From assembly GCA_963751345.1 (NCBI GenBank), contig CAVVUS010000010.1, positions 208,753 through 272,752 of the forward strand: a stretch of 64,000 nucleotides of DNA. The letters run 5' to 3'. This DNA comes from an uncultured Chloroflexia bacterium. GTDB taxonomy: Bacteria > Chloroflexota > Anaerolineae > B4-G1 > SLSP01. Below are positions 33,613 through 44,652 of the stretch, in pieces (within the stretch, counting starts at the first letter, position 1; each line of letters opens with the position of its first letter). Made by a program: the position numbers and the translations under genes. The notes under the pieces are model-generated. The model searched no databases, was not told the DNA's origin, and was given only the letters and a program-made list of their open reading frames with translations.

Positions 33613-34650
33613 ATGAACGAACCACTAATCGAGCTGAATCACGTAACGAAAATCTTCGGGGGTAGCAAGGACGCCACCGTTGCCCTGCAAGATATGACTT
33701 TTTCCTTCCCTGAGAAGTTCCCGAAGATTGTCACAATCGCAGGGGAGAGCGGCAGCGGCAAGACCACGATGGGCATGCTGATGCTGGGGTTCTACGGACC
33801 GACGTTCGGAGAGGTGAAGTTCCGGGGCAAGGCGCTTCCGGAACTGAGCCGGTCGGAGATGTGGACGTACCGGCGGCAGGTCCAGGCAGTTTTCCAGGAT
33901 CCGTTTGCCGTCTACAACCCGTTCTATAAGGTGGACAATCTTCTGAGTATCCCGATCAAGAACTTCAAACTCGCCGGCTCCAAAGCGGAGGCACGCGAGA
34001 TGATGGAGAATGCGCTGGAGCGGGTCGGACTCAGGCCGGACGAGACCCTGGGTCGGTTTCCTCACCAACTGAGCGGCGGTCAACGCCAGCGTATTGCCGT
34101 GGCGCGTGCGCTGCTGTTGCAGCCCAAGCTGCTGATTACGGATGAGCCGGTCTCTATGGTGGATGCGTCGCTGCGTTCCACAATCCTGAAGAGCCTCCGG
34201 ACGCTGAATCAGGAGTTCGGCATCCCCATCTTCTACATCACCCACGACCTCACGACGGCCTATCACATCAGTGACTCGATCATTATCCTGTATCGGGGAA
34301 ATGTGATGGAGGCAGGGGATGTCGACGCGGTGATCCGGGATCCTCAGCATCCCTATACCCAGTTGTTGGTGGCCTCGATCCCCTGGCCTGATCCGGATCT
34401 CCACTGGGGCAACATCAAGATCATCACTCCCACGACGAAGATCGCCTATCATCAGCTCAAGGGATGCAAGTTCGCACCTCGATGCCCGCACGTGATGGAT
34501 ATCTGCCACGAGGCTCCGCCGCAGCTCTACCGTGCCGGCGAAGGGCGTGTCGCCGCCTGTTACCTGTACAAAGACAACGACTATCTCAAGCGTGAGGACC
34601 TGAGCATGCTCTTCCAGGAGAATCTTGAGCCGGAGTACCATACGCAGTAG
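33613..34650 (+). CDS. ABC ATPase, DppF-like
   Basis: GESGSGKT, LSGGQRQR and HPYT motifs. Confidence 0.95.
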   Translation: MNEPLIELNHVTKIFGGSKDATVALQDMTFSFPEKFPKIVTIAGESGSGKTTMGMLMLGFYGPTFGEVKFRGKALPELSRSEMWTYRRQVQAVFQDPFAVYNPFYKVDNLLSIPIKNFKLAGSKAEAREMMENALERVGLRPDETLGRFPHQLSGGQRQRIAVARALLLQPKLLITDEPVSMVDASLRSTILKSLRTLNQEFGIPIFYITHDLTTAYHISDSIIILYRGNVMEAGDVDAVIRDPQHPYTQLLVASIPWPDPDLHWGNIKIITPTTKIAYHQLKGCKFAPRCPHVMDICHEAPPQLYRAGEGRVAACYLYKDNDYLKREDLSMLFQENLEPEYHTQ

Positions 34651-34713
34651 CGATGGCGCCGGTAGACCGCTCGTTCTGAGGAAGAGCGATGTAGGGTATA
34701 ACCAAATCCACGT

Positions 34714-34754
34714 GCGGCACCGCAGGACATTCACCGTCTTGCGGTGCCGCTTTT
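34714..34754 (+). terminator. Intrinsic terminator after the ABC operon
   Basis: GCGGCACCGCAGGA/TCTTGCGGTGCCGC plus TTTT. Confidence 0.75.
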
Positions 34755-34863
34755 AGTCAGGTTCGCACGTAGTCTGTGTGACGACGTCTTTTCTGGTATC
34801 ATACGCTCCTAAGTCATTTGCTGGCGCCCGGATACCAACTCTTCCTGGAAAGATAGGTGACTA

Positions 34864-36492
34864 GTGAGCAACACCGTTTCCAGAGGCAGGTCCGTTGGTC
34901 GAAACGATCCCTGCCCATGTGGTAGCGGCAAGAAATTCAAGCACTGCTGTGGTCGGCCCAGGCCTCCCGCCGATGTGGTCTATGTGCATCCCGCCAAGCA
35001 GGATGTCGACTTCTACGTGCAGACGATGGGCGCACGGGATCTCCAGATGGGCCGATCCTATAACCTGATTCCTGTGGGCGTCCCTGCCTTGGCGCACGTG
35101 CTCCAGGCAGCCGGCATTGAGGTTCGGGGTGTGAACTATACGGTGGAACTCGGGATCAACCGGACCTTCGATCTCCGCCGCTGGCTTCGAACGCAGTCGC
35201 AGGCGCGTATGGTGCTGATCGACCTCCACTGGTACGAGCACAGCTATGGCGCGATCAGCGTGGCCAACGTCTGCAAGGAGGTGCTTCCTGATGCGTGGGT
35301 GGTCCTGGGGGGGCTGACCGCTTCCGCGTTTGCCCGCGAGATCCTTGAGCACTTTCCGTCGGTCGACTTCGTGGTGCGGGGCGATGCTGAGGTACCGCTG
35401 CTGACACTGGTGCAGCGCTGTCTCGCCGCTTCTTCTGAGGTGCCTCCGGATCTCGTCGACGTGCCCAATCTCACCTATCGACAAGGGCATCAGGTGGTTG
35501 AGAATCCCATTGGCTACTGCGCCTCGACGGAGGACCTCGACCGCCTGGACTTCGCCGACCTCAGTTTCCTGGACCATCACGATGAGTATCTGGCCTATGA
35601 ATACATCGTCACGGACTTGCCCAAAGCCCGCGCAGCTTTGGCAACTGACCCGTACCAAGGTCGATGGATAACGACTGCCCGGGGTTGCAAGTACGAGTGT
35701 TCGTATTGCGGTGGCTGTAGAAGCGCCCATCGCGTGCTCGCCACGCGGGAGGGGATCGTGCCCCGGTCGCCGGAGGCCGTTGTCGATGAGATCGGGCGAT
35801 TGGCCACTGCAGGTGTTGACCAAGTCTCGCTCTCGTACGACATCGCGGAGTTGGGGGACGACTACTGGCGAGCGTTCTTCTCGCTGCTGCGATCGAGCGG
35901 GATCAAGATAGGGCTCTACAACGAGTGTTTTCAATTACCGCCGCTCCGGTTCATCAAGCAGTTTGCCCGCGTTGCAGATCCCGAGCACTCCTGTCTGACG
36001 TTCAGCCCGCTGTCAGGTTCGGAGCGGGTACGCCGGCTCAACGGCAAACTCTTCTCCAATGCTGAGCTGATGAATGTCCTGGATTATGCGGACCTCAACG
36101 AGCTTTATATGGTCGCCTACTTCTCCCTGAATCTGCCCGGGGAGACGGAGGAGACACTGGCCGAAAGCATCGCGCTGGCTCGGCAAATGGTTGATCTCTA
36201 TCCCGCCTCACGCATCAAGATCCTGAGTTCCTGTCATACGCTTGACCCTCTCTCGCCTATGGCCGTGCATCCGGAGAAGTATGCTATCGAGGTGACGATG
36301 CGGAGCTTCGCGGATTGGTACGCGTACTGCCGCGATACGCAGCTAGGGGGGCCTGAGGCAAGAACAGAGGCGCACCGCGGATTCGCCCCGAGCACGGACG
36401 GGGCACGACGCCTGGAGGCGATGGCCGACACCTGGGATGCCGCCCGCCAAGGCCACGAGGAGTGCTGGTGGCCTATACCCCCAAGCTGGTGA
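34864..36492 (+). CDS. SEC-C motif + B12-binding radical SAM protein
   Basis: GRNDPCPCGSGKKFKHCC; LGGLTAS...RGDAE; CKYECSYC. Confidence 0.9.
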   Translation: MSNTVSRGRSVGRNDPCPCGSGKKFKHCCGRPRPPADVVYVHPAKQDVDFYVQTMGARDLQMGRSYNLIPVGVPALAHVLQAAGIEVRGVNYTVELGINRTFDLRRWLRTQSQARMVLIDLHWYEHSYGAISVANVCKEVLPDAWVVLGGLTASAFAREILEHFPSVDFVVRGDAEVPLLTLVQRCLAASSEVPPDLVDVPNLTYRQGHQVVENPIGYCASTEDLDRLDFADLSFLDHHDEYLAYEYIVTDLPKARAALATDPYQGRWITTARGCKYECSYCGGCRSAHRVLATREGIVPRSPEAVVDEIGRLATAGVDQVSLSYDIAELGDDYWRAFFSLLRSSGIKIGLYNECFQLPPLRFIKQFARVADPEHSCLTFSPLSGSERVRRLNGKLFSNAELMNVLDYADLNELYMVAYFSLNLPGETEETLAESIALARQMVDLYPASRIKILSSCHTLDPLSPMAVHPEKYAIEVTMRSFADWYAYCRDTQLGGPEARTEAHRGFAPSTDGARRLEAMADTWDAARQGHEECWWPIPPSW

Positions 36493-36565
36493 CGAAGCCG
36501 CAGAGAAGCGCGCGGCCGAGCGTATCACGGTTATACTTGTCATCATTGGACAGGAGGACGTTGCT

Positions 36566-38104
36566 GTGAACGATGCACCCATCGCGCTCTACATCCACCC
36601 GTCGAAGCAGGCGGTGGAGCTCTACGAAACGCCGGTCCGCCGGAAATTCGGGCGCCCCTATTGGCTGCTGCCCATGGGCGTACCCGCGCTGATGAACCTG
36701 CTTCAGGACGAGGGCATCCCCGTCAGGGGGATCAACTACCCGATGAGGAAGCAGCTGGATCCCAACTTCAGTATTCGGCAGTGGTTGGAGAGTTACCGGC
36801 AGGCGAGGATAGTTCTGATCGATCTGCATTGGTATGAGCACTGCTATGGTGCGATCAAGATGGCCGAATTGGTGAAGGAGGTCCTGCCCGACGTCTGGGT
36901 GATCATTGGTGGCCTGACGGCGTCAGCATTTGCGGAGGAGATCATCCGTGATCACGCGGCGGTTGATTTCGTGATACGTGGCGATGCCGAACGCCCACTC
37001 CTGTCGCTGGCTCAGGCTCTCCTCTCCGAAGAACACCCCCGGGTCCTACCGGACCTATCCGGAGTTCCGAACCTAACCTACCGCCGGAATGACCAGGTGG
37101 TGGAGAACCCCCGTACATATTGTGCCGCGCCCGAGGATTTTGCAGACTTCAACTTCATTGATCTGGACTGGCTGGAGCATGGGGAAGATTACTACACCTA
37201 TGAATACCTGGTCATTGATATGAAGCTCGTCGAAGACGCCCGTCAGGGGAAAGATATCAGTAAGTACCGGGGCCGGTGGATCACGACGGCCCGTGGTTGT
37301 GACTTCGAGTGTTCCTACTGTGGCGGCGCGCGAAGTGCGCACAAGGCCATCGCGGGGCGTAATGGCATCGTGCCCGTGCCGGTGGAGACGGTGGTCGACG
37401 AGATCAAGCACCTGCTGGAGCTCGACGTGATCCAGGTCTGTTTCTCCTACGACCTTGCGGCTATGGGCGAGCGATACTGGAAAACGCTCTTCCGCACCCT
37501 TCGCAAGGAAGGCATCAAGATTGGCCTCTACAACGAGTTCTTCCAGCTCCCTCCGGCGGGTTTCCTCAAGGAGTTCACACGCACGGGCGATCCGGAGCAT
37601 TCGTGCCTGGCGGTGAACCCCTATTCGGGCTCGGAGCGTGTGCGACGCCTCAATGGGAAACGCTACAACGATATCCAGCTTCTCAATGCCCTGGATGAGG
37701 TCAACTCCTACAATGTCCCGATCATTGTGTACTTCTCCCTCAACCTGCCGGGAGAGGATGAGGAGGTAGTGCAGCAGTCCGTCGGCCTTGCGCGAACTAT
37801 CTACGACATGTACCCGCACTCCAAGGTGAAGATCCTCAATTCTTGCCACACGGTCGAGCCTCTGTCGCCGATGGAGCAGCACCCTGGTCGCTACGGGGTG
37901 GACGTGAAGTGGCATACCTTCAAGGACTGGTACGAATACTGCCGAAACACACAGCTGGAGTTGCCCGGGGCGCGTACCGGCGAGTGGCGCGGGTTCGATC
38001 TGTTGCCGCCTGCTGAGCGCTCCGTGGAGGCGATGGCCGACGCCTGGGATGCGGCGACCGAGGGGAACGAAGCCTGCTGGTGGCCGATCCCACCCCGTTG
38101 GTAA
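36566..38104 (+). CDS. B12-binding radical SAM protein, paralogue of the preceding gene
   Basis: IDLHWYEH, RGDAE and CDFECSYC motifs; AGGAGG RBS. Confidence 0.9.
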   Translation: MNDAPIALYIHPSKQAVELYETPVRRKFGRPYWLLPMGVPALMNLLQDEGIPVRGINYPMRKQLDPNFSIRQWLESYRQARIVLIDLHWYEHCYGAIKMAELVKEVLPDVWVIIGGLTASAFAEEIIRDHAAVDFVIRGDAERPLLSLAQALLSEEHPRVLPDLSGVPNLTYRRNDQVVENPRTYCAAPEDFADFNFIDLDWLEHGEDYYTYEYLVIDMKLVEDARQGKDISKYRGRWITTARGCDFECSYCGGARSAHKAIAGRNGIVPVPVETVVDEIKHLLELDVIQVCFSYDLAAMGERYWKTLFRTLRKEGIKIGLYNEFFQLPPAGFLKEFTRTGDPEHSCLAVNPYSGSERVRRLNGKRYNDIQLLNALDEVNSYNVPIIVYFSLNLPGEDEEVVQQSVGLARTIYDMYPHSKVKILNSCHTVEPLSPMEQHPGRYGVDVKWHTFKDWYEYCRNTQLELPGARTGEWRGFDLLPPAERSVEAMADAWDAATEGNEACWWPIPPRW

Positions 38105-38111
38105 GCCGGCG

Positions 38112-39134
38112 ATGGGAAGACGCCTCCCCTTCCGGTATGTGCTGACCCGCATCTTCTACCTCATTGCCGTGGTGTGGGTCGCTGCCACCGTCAACTTCGT
38201 CCTGCCGCGGCTCGCCGCTCGCGATCCGGTGCTGGAGCATTTCAGCAAGCTGCAGGCCAGTGTGGGGAGCAGGCAGGGCGATTTGGTCTCCGAAGCCCTG
38301 GATAGCTACCGGCAGTGGGCCGGACTCAACCAGCCGCTCTTGCGGCAGTACGTTACATATCTGAATAACATGCTTCGGATGGACTTCGGCCTATCGTTCA
38401 CCCGATTTCGTCCGGTCATCGATATCGTCGGTTACGCACTGCCCTGGACCATTGGGCTTTTGGGCACCACGACCCTCTTCTCCTTTGTGCTGGGCACCGT
38501 GCTGGGAGCGGCCGCCGCCTGGCGACGCTCGGCACGCTTGCTGAATATCACCGTGTCTTTCCTGATGGTGCTGGCCGTGATCCCGCCCTTTGTCATCGCC
38601 CTGGTTTTGGCCTACGTCCTCGCGTTCCGTTTGAAACTTTTCCCCATTGCCGGCGTCTTCACGCCTGGGCGCATCACAAATCTCCTCGACGTGGAGTGGT
38701 GGCTTGACGTAATCCACCATGCCGCTATCCCCGCCATATCCCTCATGTTGGGGACGGCGGGAACCTGGGCGATGGGCATGCGGGGGATGACCATCACCAC
38801 GTTAGGAAGTGACTTTCTGCTCTTCGCGGAGGCCAAGGGGTTGAGACGGCGGCGACTGCTGCTGGGGTATGCGATTCGCAATGTATTGCTGCCCCAGATC
38901 ACGTCCCTGGCGATGTCGCTGGGCACGCTTGTGGCGAGTGCCACCATCGTCGAGATGCTATTCGGTTATCCCGGCGTAGGCAGCGTACTCGAGAATGCAG
39001 TGGTTTCGTTCGACTACAATTTGATCCAGGGCTGTATCTTCTTCTTGATCGTCGCGATCGGCATCGCGACGTTCGTCATCGATCTATCGTATCCTTTGCT
39101 GGACCCCCGAATCACTTACGGCAAGGCGATGTAG
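38112..39134 (+). CDS. Additional DppB-like ABC permease
   Basis: GLNQPL..QY, AEAKGL and LDPRI motifs. Confidence 0.9.
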   Translation: MGRRLPFRYVLTRIFYLIAVVWVAATVNFVLPRLAARDPVLEHFSKLQASVGSRQGDLVSEALDSYRQWAGLNQPLLRQYVTYLNNMLRMDFGLSFTRFRPVIDIVGYALPWTIGLLGTTTLFSFVLGTVLGAAAAWRRSARLLNITVSFLMVLAVIPPFVIALVLAYVLAFRLKLFPIAGVFTPGRITNLLDVEWWLDVIHHAAIPAISLMLGTAGTWAMGMRGMTITTLGSDFLLFAEAKGLRRRRLLLGYAIRNVLLPQITSLAMSLGTLVASATIVEMLFGYPGVGSVLENAVVSFDYNLIQGCIFFLIVAIGIATFVIDLSYPLLDPRITYGKAM

Positions 39135-39259
39135 AGGTGCGTCAGCACTCGAAGCATGCGCACTCCATGTCACGATTTGCACATTCTGCGAGTTTCGGGC
39201 ACTATACACAGGTGATGCACAGATTGGCGGGGTGCGGGATTCGGAGATGGAGGGTGTTT

Positions 39260-39550
39260 ATGGTGATGCGGTCGGAAATAAAGCGGTGGTTTGCTGTGCT
39301 GGTCATAGCACTCTCGGTACTGGTGGCAGCGTGTGGTGGGGATCCGCCTGCCGGCGGGAGCTCGGATGGCCAGATGCTTCTTGAGACACGGTGCACTGCG
39401 TGTCATAGTCTGACCCGTGTCACAAGCGTCCGCAAGACTGAGGCGCAATGGCGTGTAACCGTCACGCGAATGGTTCAGCGCGGAGCAAGGCTCAGCCCGG
39501 CAGAAGAAAATACGCTCATTACCTATCTGGCACAGACTTATGGGAAATAG
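39260..39550 (+). CDS. Small monoheme cytochrome c lipoprotein
   Basis: Lipobox VAAC; CTACH; downstream Met (VTRM). Confidence 0.8.
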   Translation: MVMRSEIKRWFAVLVIALSVLVAACGGDPPAGGSSDGQMLLETRCTACHSLTRVTSVRKTEAQWRVTVTRMVQRGARLSPAEENTLITYLAQTYGK

Positions 39551-39592
39551 CAGCATTGACGAGCCCTCTCGACAGGGTGATTCCGATGAGTC

Positions 39593-41068
39593 ATGGCGTC
39601 AGTTAGCATGAACCAGATCGTCAGGATTCTATATACCTGCATCCTGGCAGGGCTCGCGCTCTATGCGCTCTACGTCGTTGTGCTCATCGTTCTCTATCTG
39701 CTGCATCGTAGGGATGACCCCCCCGTGCTTCCGGTGATAACGGATGCACAGTTGCCGTGCGTGACCGTCCAGATTCCGCTTCGGGACGAGCGGTATGTCG
39801 TTCGCCGGGTCCTGCAGGCCGTCGCCGGTCTGGACTGGCCCCAGGACCGCCTGGAGATTCAGGTGCTCGACGATTCTGATGATGAGACCGTCGTCGAAGT
39901 GGACGACGAGGTTGCACGATTGCGGGAGCAGGGCCTGTCCATCGTGGTGCTTCGTCGAGCGCAGCCGACAGGTTTCAAAGCCGGCGCACTCGCCGAAGGG
40001 GTCGTGCTGGCCCGAGGGGAGTATCTCGCCATCTTTGACGCCGATTTCCACCCCGCACCGGATTTCCTGCGCCAAACGGTGCCCTACTTCCTGACGGATC
40101 CGACGTTGGGGATGGTTCAGGCGCGGTGGACCCACCTTAATGCCGACTACTCGCTCATGACGCGCATCCAGGCGCTCGCTCTGGACGCTCACTTTTCGGT
40201 CGAGCACATTGCGCGTGGAAACTCACGACTGCTGACGAATTTCAATGGGGCGGCCGGCGTGTGGCGCAAGGCCACGATTACCGACGCCGGTGGGTGGCAG
40301 ACGGACACGGTGACGGAGGACCTGGATCTCAGCTACCGCGCGCAGTTGGCAGGTTGGCGGGTCCTCTACCTGCCGGATGTCACCGCGCCCGCGGAGCTGC
40401 CCCCGCTCGTCACAGCGTTCAAGGCACAGCAGATCCGCTGGGCGAAGGGTGCCTTCCAGTGTCTGCGCAAGTTGGCCAGGCCCATCCTACGCTCCCGACG
40501 CTATAACGCCGCGCAGAAGGTGATGGCTTTGCTGCACCTGGGCGGCTATGGGAACCAACCGTTGATCCTGCTGATGATTCTGTTGACACTACCGATGGTG
40601 TTGACCGATCCGAGATTCTCCGACTTTACCATCTGGTTGGGGGCCCTGGCGTCCGTGCCTCCTGTGCTATATGTGCTCGGTCAGATGCACTTCTATCGCG
40701 ACTGGTTGCGCCGGATTCTCGTCTATCCGGTCCTTATGCTGTTGTGGATTGGCTTGGCGTGGAGCCTGACGATTGCCGTCTTCCAGGGCTTGTTCAGTTG
40801 GGGCGGGACGTTTGTTCGCACCCCGAAATTCGAGATCACAGGACGCACGGGCGACTGGCAATCCTCTGCCTATCGACCGCGAATCAGCCCCAGCTGGATC
40901 GGCGAGGCGCTTATCGGCGTCTACGTCTGCGTCGCGATCTGGTTTGCCGTGAAGTTGCAGCACAATCACCTTGTCCCGCTGGTGCTGGGGTACGCACTCG
41001 GCCAGCTCATGATCCTGGCTATGACGGCTTCTCAGGCATTTGCGGCCCGGCGATCGGAGGCCGGTTAG
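39593..41068 (+). CDS. GT2 cellulose-synthase-like glycosyltransferase
   Basis: DDS, FKAG, DAD, TED and QQIRW motifs plus TM helices. Confidence 0.92.
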   Translation: MASVSMNQIVRILYTCILAGLALYALYVVVLIVLYLLHRRDDPPVLPVITDAQLPCVTVQIPLRDERYVVRRVLQAVAGLDWPQDRLEIQVLDDSDDETVVEVDDEVARLREQGLSIVVLRRAQPTGFKAGALAEGVVLARGEYLAIFDADFHPAPDFLRQTVPYFLTDPTLGMVQARWTHLNADYSLMTRIQALALDAHFSVEHIARGNSRLLTNFNGAAGVWRKATITDAGGWQTDTVTEDLDLSYRAQLAGWRVLYLPDVTAPAELPPLVTAFKAQQIRWAKGAFQCLRKLARPILRSRRYNAAQKVMALLHLGGYGNQPLILLMILLTLPMVLTDPRFSDFTIWLGALASVPPVLYVLGQMHFYRDWLRRILVYPVLMLLWIGLAWSLTIAVFQGLFSWGGTFVRTPKFEITGRTGDWQSSAYRPRISPSWIGEALIGVYVCVAIWFAVKLQHNHLVPLVLGYALGQLMILAMTASQAFAARRSEAG

Positions 41069-41155
41069 CGAGTCCGGAGTTGCCAAAGGCATACGAGCCC
41101 CTATAGGTATCTGGGACTCTAATTACTGCAGGGCATCGACGAAGCAGGAGGCTGG

Positions 41156-42373
41156 ATGTTACGCCGCGATATGGGGAAGTGTGTGTTAGGGCTGTTTTTA
41201 TGCGTGTTGCTGGTGGCGGGCTGCTCCCAGGTCCTGCCGAAGCAGGATCCTGTGACCATCTCGTTCGTACACCCCGAAGATCCGACGGGCTCATACGAGC
41301 AGTGGGCGCAGCAATTCCACCAGCAGTTCCCCAATATCACGGTTGAGCTCCGTACCGACACCTCGACAACGTCGGAGGATGCTTTCGTCGCGACGCAGTT
41401 TGAGCTGGGTCAATATCTGGCGGACCAGTCGGTTCTGGATCTGTCGACCTTTCTTGATGAGAGTCAGGACATCAATGCCGTTGACTTCTATCCTGCGGTC
41501 AGCGACGTATTCAAGAGCCAGGGACGTCAGTGGGCTCTGCCGTTTGGTATCGACATGATGATGATGTACTATAATCAGGATCTCTTCGACCGATACGGTG
41601 CGGCCTATCCCACAGTCGGTTGGAACTGGGAGGACTTCCTGAACGCTGCGCTGGCGACCACCGACGTCGATGCAGGCATCTTTGGCTACGGACTCAACCA
41701 CGCGACCGATCTGGGGACCTTCGAGCCGGTGATGTTTATCTACCAACACGGCGGGCAGATCTTCGACAGCTTCAGTGCTCCAACACGGATGACGCTCGAC
41801 ACTCCCCTGAATATCGAGGCTATGGATTTCTACGCGAGCCTGATCCATGAGTATCACGTTGCGCCGACCCTGCAGGAGGCGCAAGGGCTTGGGCGCCAGA
41901 ATGCCTGGTATGCGATCTTCCAGGGACATTTTTCGATGTGGTCGATGCTTTTCTCCGAACGCGGTGGAACGCGCTGGCCTTCACCCTGGGAGATGGCCTG
42001 GGGTGTGGTGCCTATGCCGAGGGATGCGACCGCGGCCTCGCTGGCCATCGCCGACGGGCTATACATCTCAGCAGATACCGAGCATCCGAAAGAGGCCTGG
42101 GCGTGGATATCGTTCTTGAGCCGGCAAATGCCACCTCTCGCCATGCCGGCACGCCGGTCTCTCGCCGAATCGCAGCAGTTCGAGCGCACTGCAGGGGCCG
42201 CTGCGGCTGAAGCAGCCCGCGCGGCGTTGTCCGATGCGATCCTCGTCAATCCCGATCTGCTGGGATTCGACACTGGGTTGAGTGCAATGGCAGAGGCCTT
42301 CGCACGGATACGCAGCGGTGAGGTTACGCCTGAGATGGCCTTGGCCGCCGCGCAGGAAAAGTCGGGATTCTGA
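41156..42373 (+). CDS. Sugar ABC substrate-binding lipoprotein (family 1)
   Basis: Lipobox VAGC; YYNQDLF and WNWEDF motifs. Confidence 0.85.
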   Translation: MLRRDMGKCVLGLFLCVLLVAGCSQVLPKQDPVTISFVHPEDPTGSYEQWAQQFHQQFPNITVELRTDTSTTSEDAFVATQFELGQYLADQSVLDLSTFLDESQDINAVDFYPAVSDVFKSQGRQWALPFGIDMMMMYYNQDLFDRYGAAYPTVGWNWEDFLNAALATTDVDAGIFGYGLNHATDLGTFEPVMFIYQHGGQIFDSFSAPTRMTLDTPLNIEAMDFYASLIHEYHVAPTLQEAQGLGRQNAWYAIFQGHFSMWSMLFSERGGTRWPSPWEMAWGVVPMPRDATAASLAIADGLYISADTEHPKEAWAWISFLSRQMPPLAMPARRSLAESQQFERTAGAAAAEAARAALSDAILVNPDLLGFDTGLSAMAEAFARIRSGEVTPEMALAAAQEKSGF

Positions 42374-42387
42374 CAAGAAACAGGGGT

Positions 42388-43645
42388 ATGTTGCACATGG
42401 TGCGGAGAGATCTGGCTCGCTTGGTGTGGCGTGCGGTGAGACGTGGCCTTGCTGTCGGCTGTCTGATGATGCTGCTCGCGGGATGCGGCGATCTGTCCAT
42501 CCTCGCCCCGAGGGAGCCGGTGACGATCAGGTTCGTCTATGCAGGTGAGGCGGCCTATTATCAGCCGTTGATCGAGGAGTTCCAGCAGCAAGAATAAGTA
42601 CATCACGGTAGAGTTGGTGTCGCCCAACTCACTCCGCTCCGGTCAGATTGGCGACATTGATGTGGTGGTGGTGCCTCAGAATGCTATGAGCTATCTATTG
42701 GACGCCTCTTTCCCGATAGACCTCCGTACCTTCATCATGGAGGACTCGAGTTTCTCACTCGATGATTTCTACCCCACCGGTGTCCAGCTCTGGGGCACGG
42801 GCGGTCAGCAGTGGGGTATTCCCTATATGGCCGATCTGATGGTGATGGCCTATAACAGGAACCTCTTCGACCGGCACGGCGTGGCTTATCCCGATCTCAA
42901 CTGGACGTGGGATGGGTTCCTGGAGCGAGCCATCAACCTGTCAGATCCCACGCACGGTGAGTACGGTTACGCCTATTATCAATCGGGCGAGTTGAGCTTG
43001 TACGAACCTATGCTCTTTATGTACCAGTTGGGCGGGCGGCTCTTTGACGACCTCGACGAGCCCACTGCCATGACCATCAATGATCCCGCGAATATCACGG
43101 CCATGCAGGGATATGCCGATTTGATCTACCGGTATCACGTGGCCCCGGCACCGAGCAACCGGCGCGTGCCCTTTCCGCAGAGCGGGATTGAGGGCGGCAA
43201 GTACGCGATGTGGATGTCGTGGCTGTCCGACATCGACACGTACGGCGATGACCTGGATGTCGGCGTGGCGACCATTCCGGCCGGCCAGATTCCTGTGACC
43301 ATGGGGACGGTATACGGCATCGTGATTTCGTCGCAGACCGTGGACCCGGAGGCGTGCTGGAAGTGGGTGAGCTTCGTCAGCGGGAAGGCGCCCCCGATGC
43401 TGATGCCGTTGCGCCGCTCGTTGGCTGAATCGGATAGTGGTGTGACGGCCATTGGTTCGGAGGCCGCGGAAGTCGGGCGGGTCTCGTTACCCTATATGAT
43501 CGGGATGAACTTCAGCTTGCAGGGCCAGCTCGGATCGCAGTGGGGCGTCGCGATGCAAGCCTTCAACGCTGCGCTCGTAGCGATTCAAAATGGCGATCCT
43601 GTCGGGCCCGCGTTGGATGCAGCACAAAGTAAGGTGAACTTCTAG
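42388..43645 (+). CDS. Second sugar-binding lipoprotein (frameshift near 42590)
   Basis: LAGC lipobox; YNRNLF and WTWDGF motifs; paralogue of the previous gene. Confidence 0.8.
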
Positions 43646-43661
43646 ACAAGGAGATGTTAGA

Positions 43662-44636
43662 ATGCCGCTGACCTTCGATTACTCTCTGGAAAAGCTCAAG
43701 ACTTACAAGGGGATGAATCCCCGCCCTGCCAACTTCGACGCCTACTGGGATAGCGGGCTGGCAGAGATGCACGCGTTGGATCCGGAGGTGGAGCTGGTGC
43801 CGGCGAGCTATCAGACCTCGTTCGCCGATTGTTACCATCTCACCTTCACCGGTGTCGGCGGCGCCCGCGTCCACGCCAAGTTCCTGCGTCCCAAGGGCAT
43901 TGTCGAGCCAAGCCCGGCCGTACTGATGTTCCACGGCTATTCCGGTGACTCCGGGGACTGGACGGATAAGCTGGGCTACGTCGCCCAGGGCTACGTCGTC
44001 GCGGCATTGGACTGCCGGGGTCAGGGCGGGCTTTCACAGGACGTCGGCGGCGTGACGGGATGGACCTTGCGCGGTCACATCATCCGCGGGCTGGACGATG
44101 CGCTTGCGGGCAGTCCGCAGAAACTGCTCTTCCGCGACATCTTCCTGGATACGGCGCAGTTGGCGAACATCGTCATGGCGATGGACGAGGTCGACGAGAC
44201 GCGAGTAGGCGCGACCGGGGGCAGCCAGGGCGGGGCTCTGACGGTCGCCTGTATGTCGCTGGAGCCGCGGATCAAACGGGCCGCTCCCGTTTTCCCTTTC
44301 CTGAGCGATTACAAGCGCGTCTGGGATATGGATCAGGACAAGGACGCTTACGCCGAGCTGCGTGAATACTTCCGCAAGTTCGATCCCACCCATCAGCGCG
44401 AGGATGAGATCTTCACCGCGCTGGGCTATATCGACGTCCACAATCTCGCTCCCCGCACGCGGGCCGAGGTGCTCTGGTTCACAGGCCTGATGGACACGAT
44501 CTGCCCGCCGTCGACGCAGTTTGCGGCCTACAACGCCGTCACCTCCACAAAGTCGATGGTGATCTATCCCGACTTTGGTCACGAGGGTCTGCCGGGCAGC
44601 AGCGATCGGATCTTCCAGTTCATGATGGGAATGTAG
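43662..44636 (+). CDS. CE7 acetylxylan esterase / cephalosporin-C deacetylase
   Basis: FHGY, RGQ, GGSQGG, DTICPPSTQFA and GHE motifs. Confidence 0.92.
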   Translation: MPLTFDYSLEKLKTYKGMNPRPANFDAYWDSGLAEMHALDPEVELVPASYQTSFADCYHLTFTGVGGARVHAKFLRPKGIVEPSPAVLMFHGYSGDSGDWTDKLGYVAQGYVVAALDCRGQGGLSQDVGGVTGWTLRGHIIRGLDDALAGSPQKLLFRDIFLDTAQLANIVMAMDEVDETRVGATGGSQGGALTVACMSLEPRIKRAAPVFPFLSDYKRVWDMDQDKDAYAELREYFRKFDPTHQREDEIFTALGYIDVHNLAPRTRAEVLWFTGLMDTICPPSTQFAAYNAVTSTKSMVIYPDFGHEGLPGSSDRIFQFMMGM

Positions 44637-44652
44637 GCAAAGGGGGCCACGG

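Noticed and set aside
34651-34863. RiPP precursor peptide for the radical SAM pair
   Set aside because: No short ORF with a convincing RBS; the region holds a terminator and a probable promoter
42590-42613. Stop-codon readthrough or recoding in the binding-protein gene
   Set aside because: The downstream part is in a different frame; a single extra base explains it
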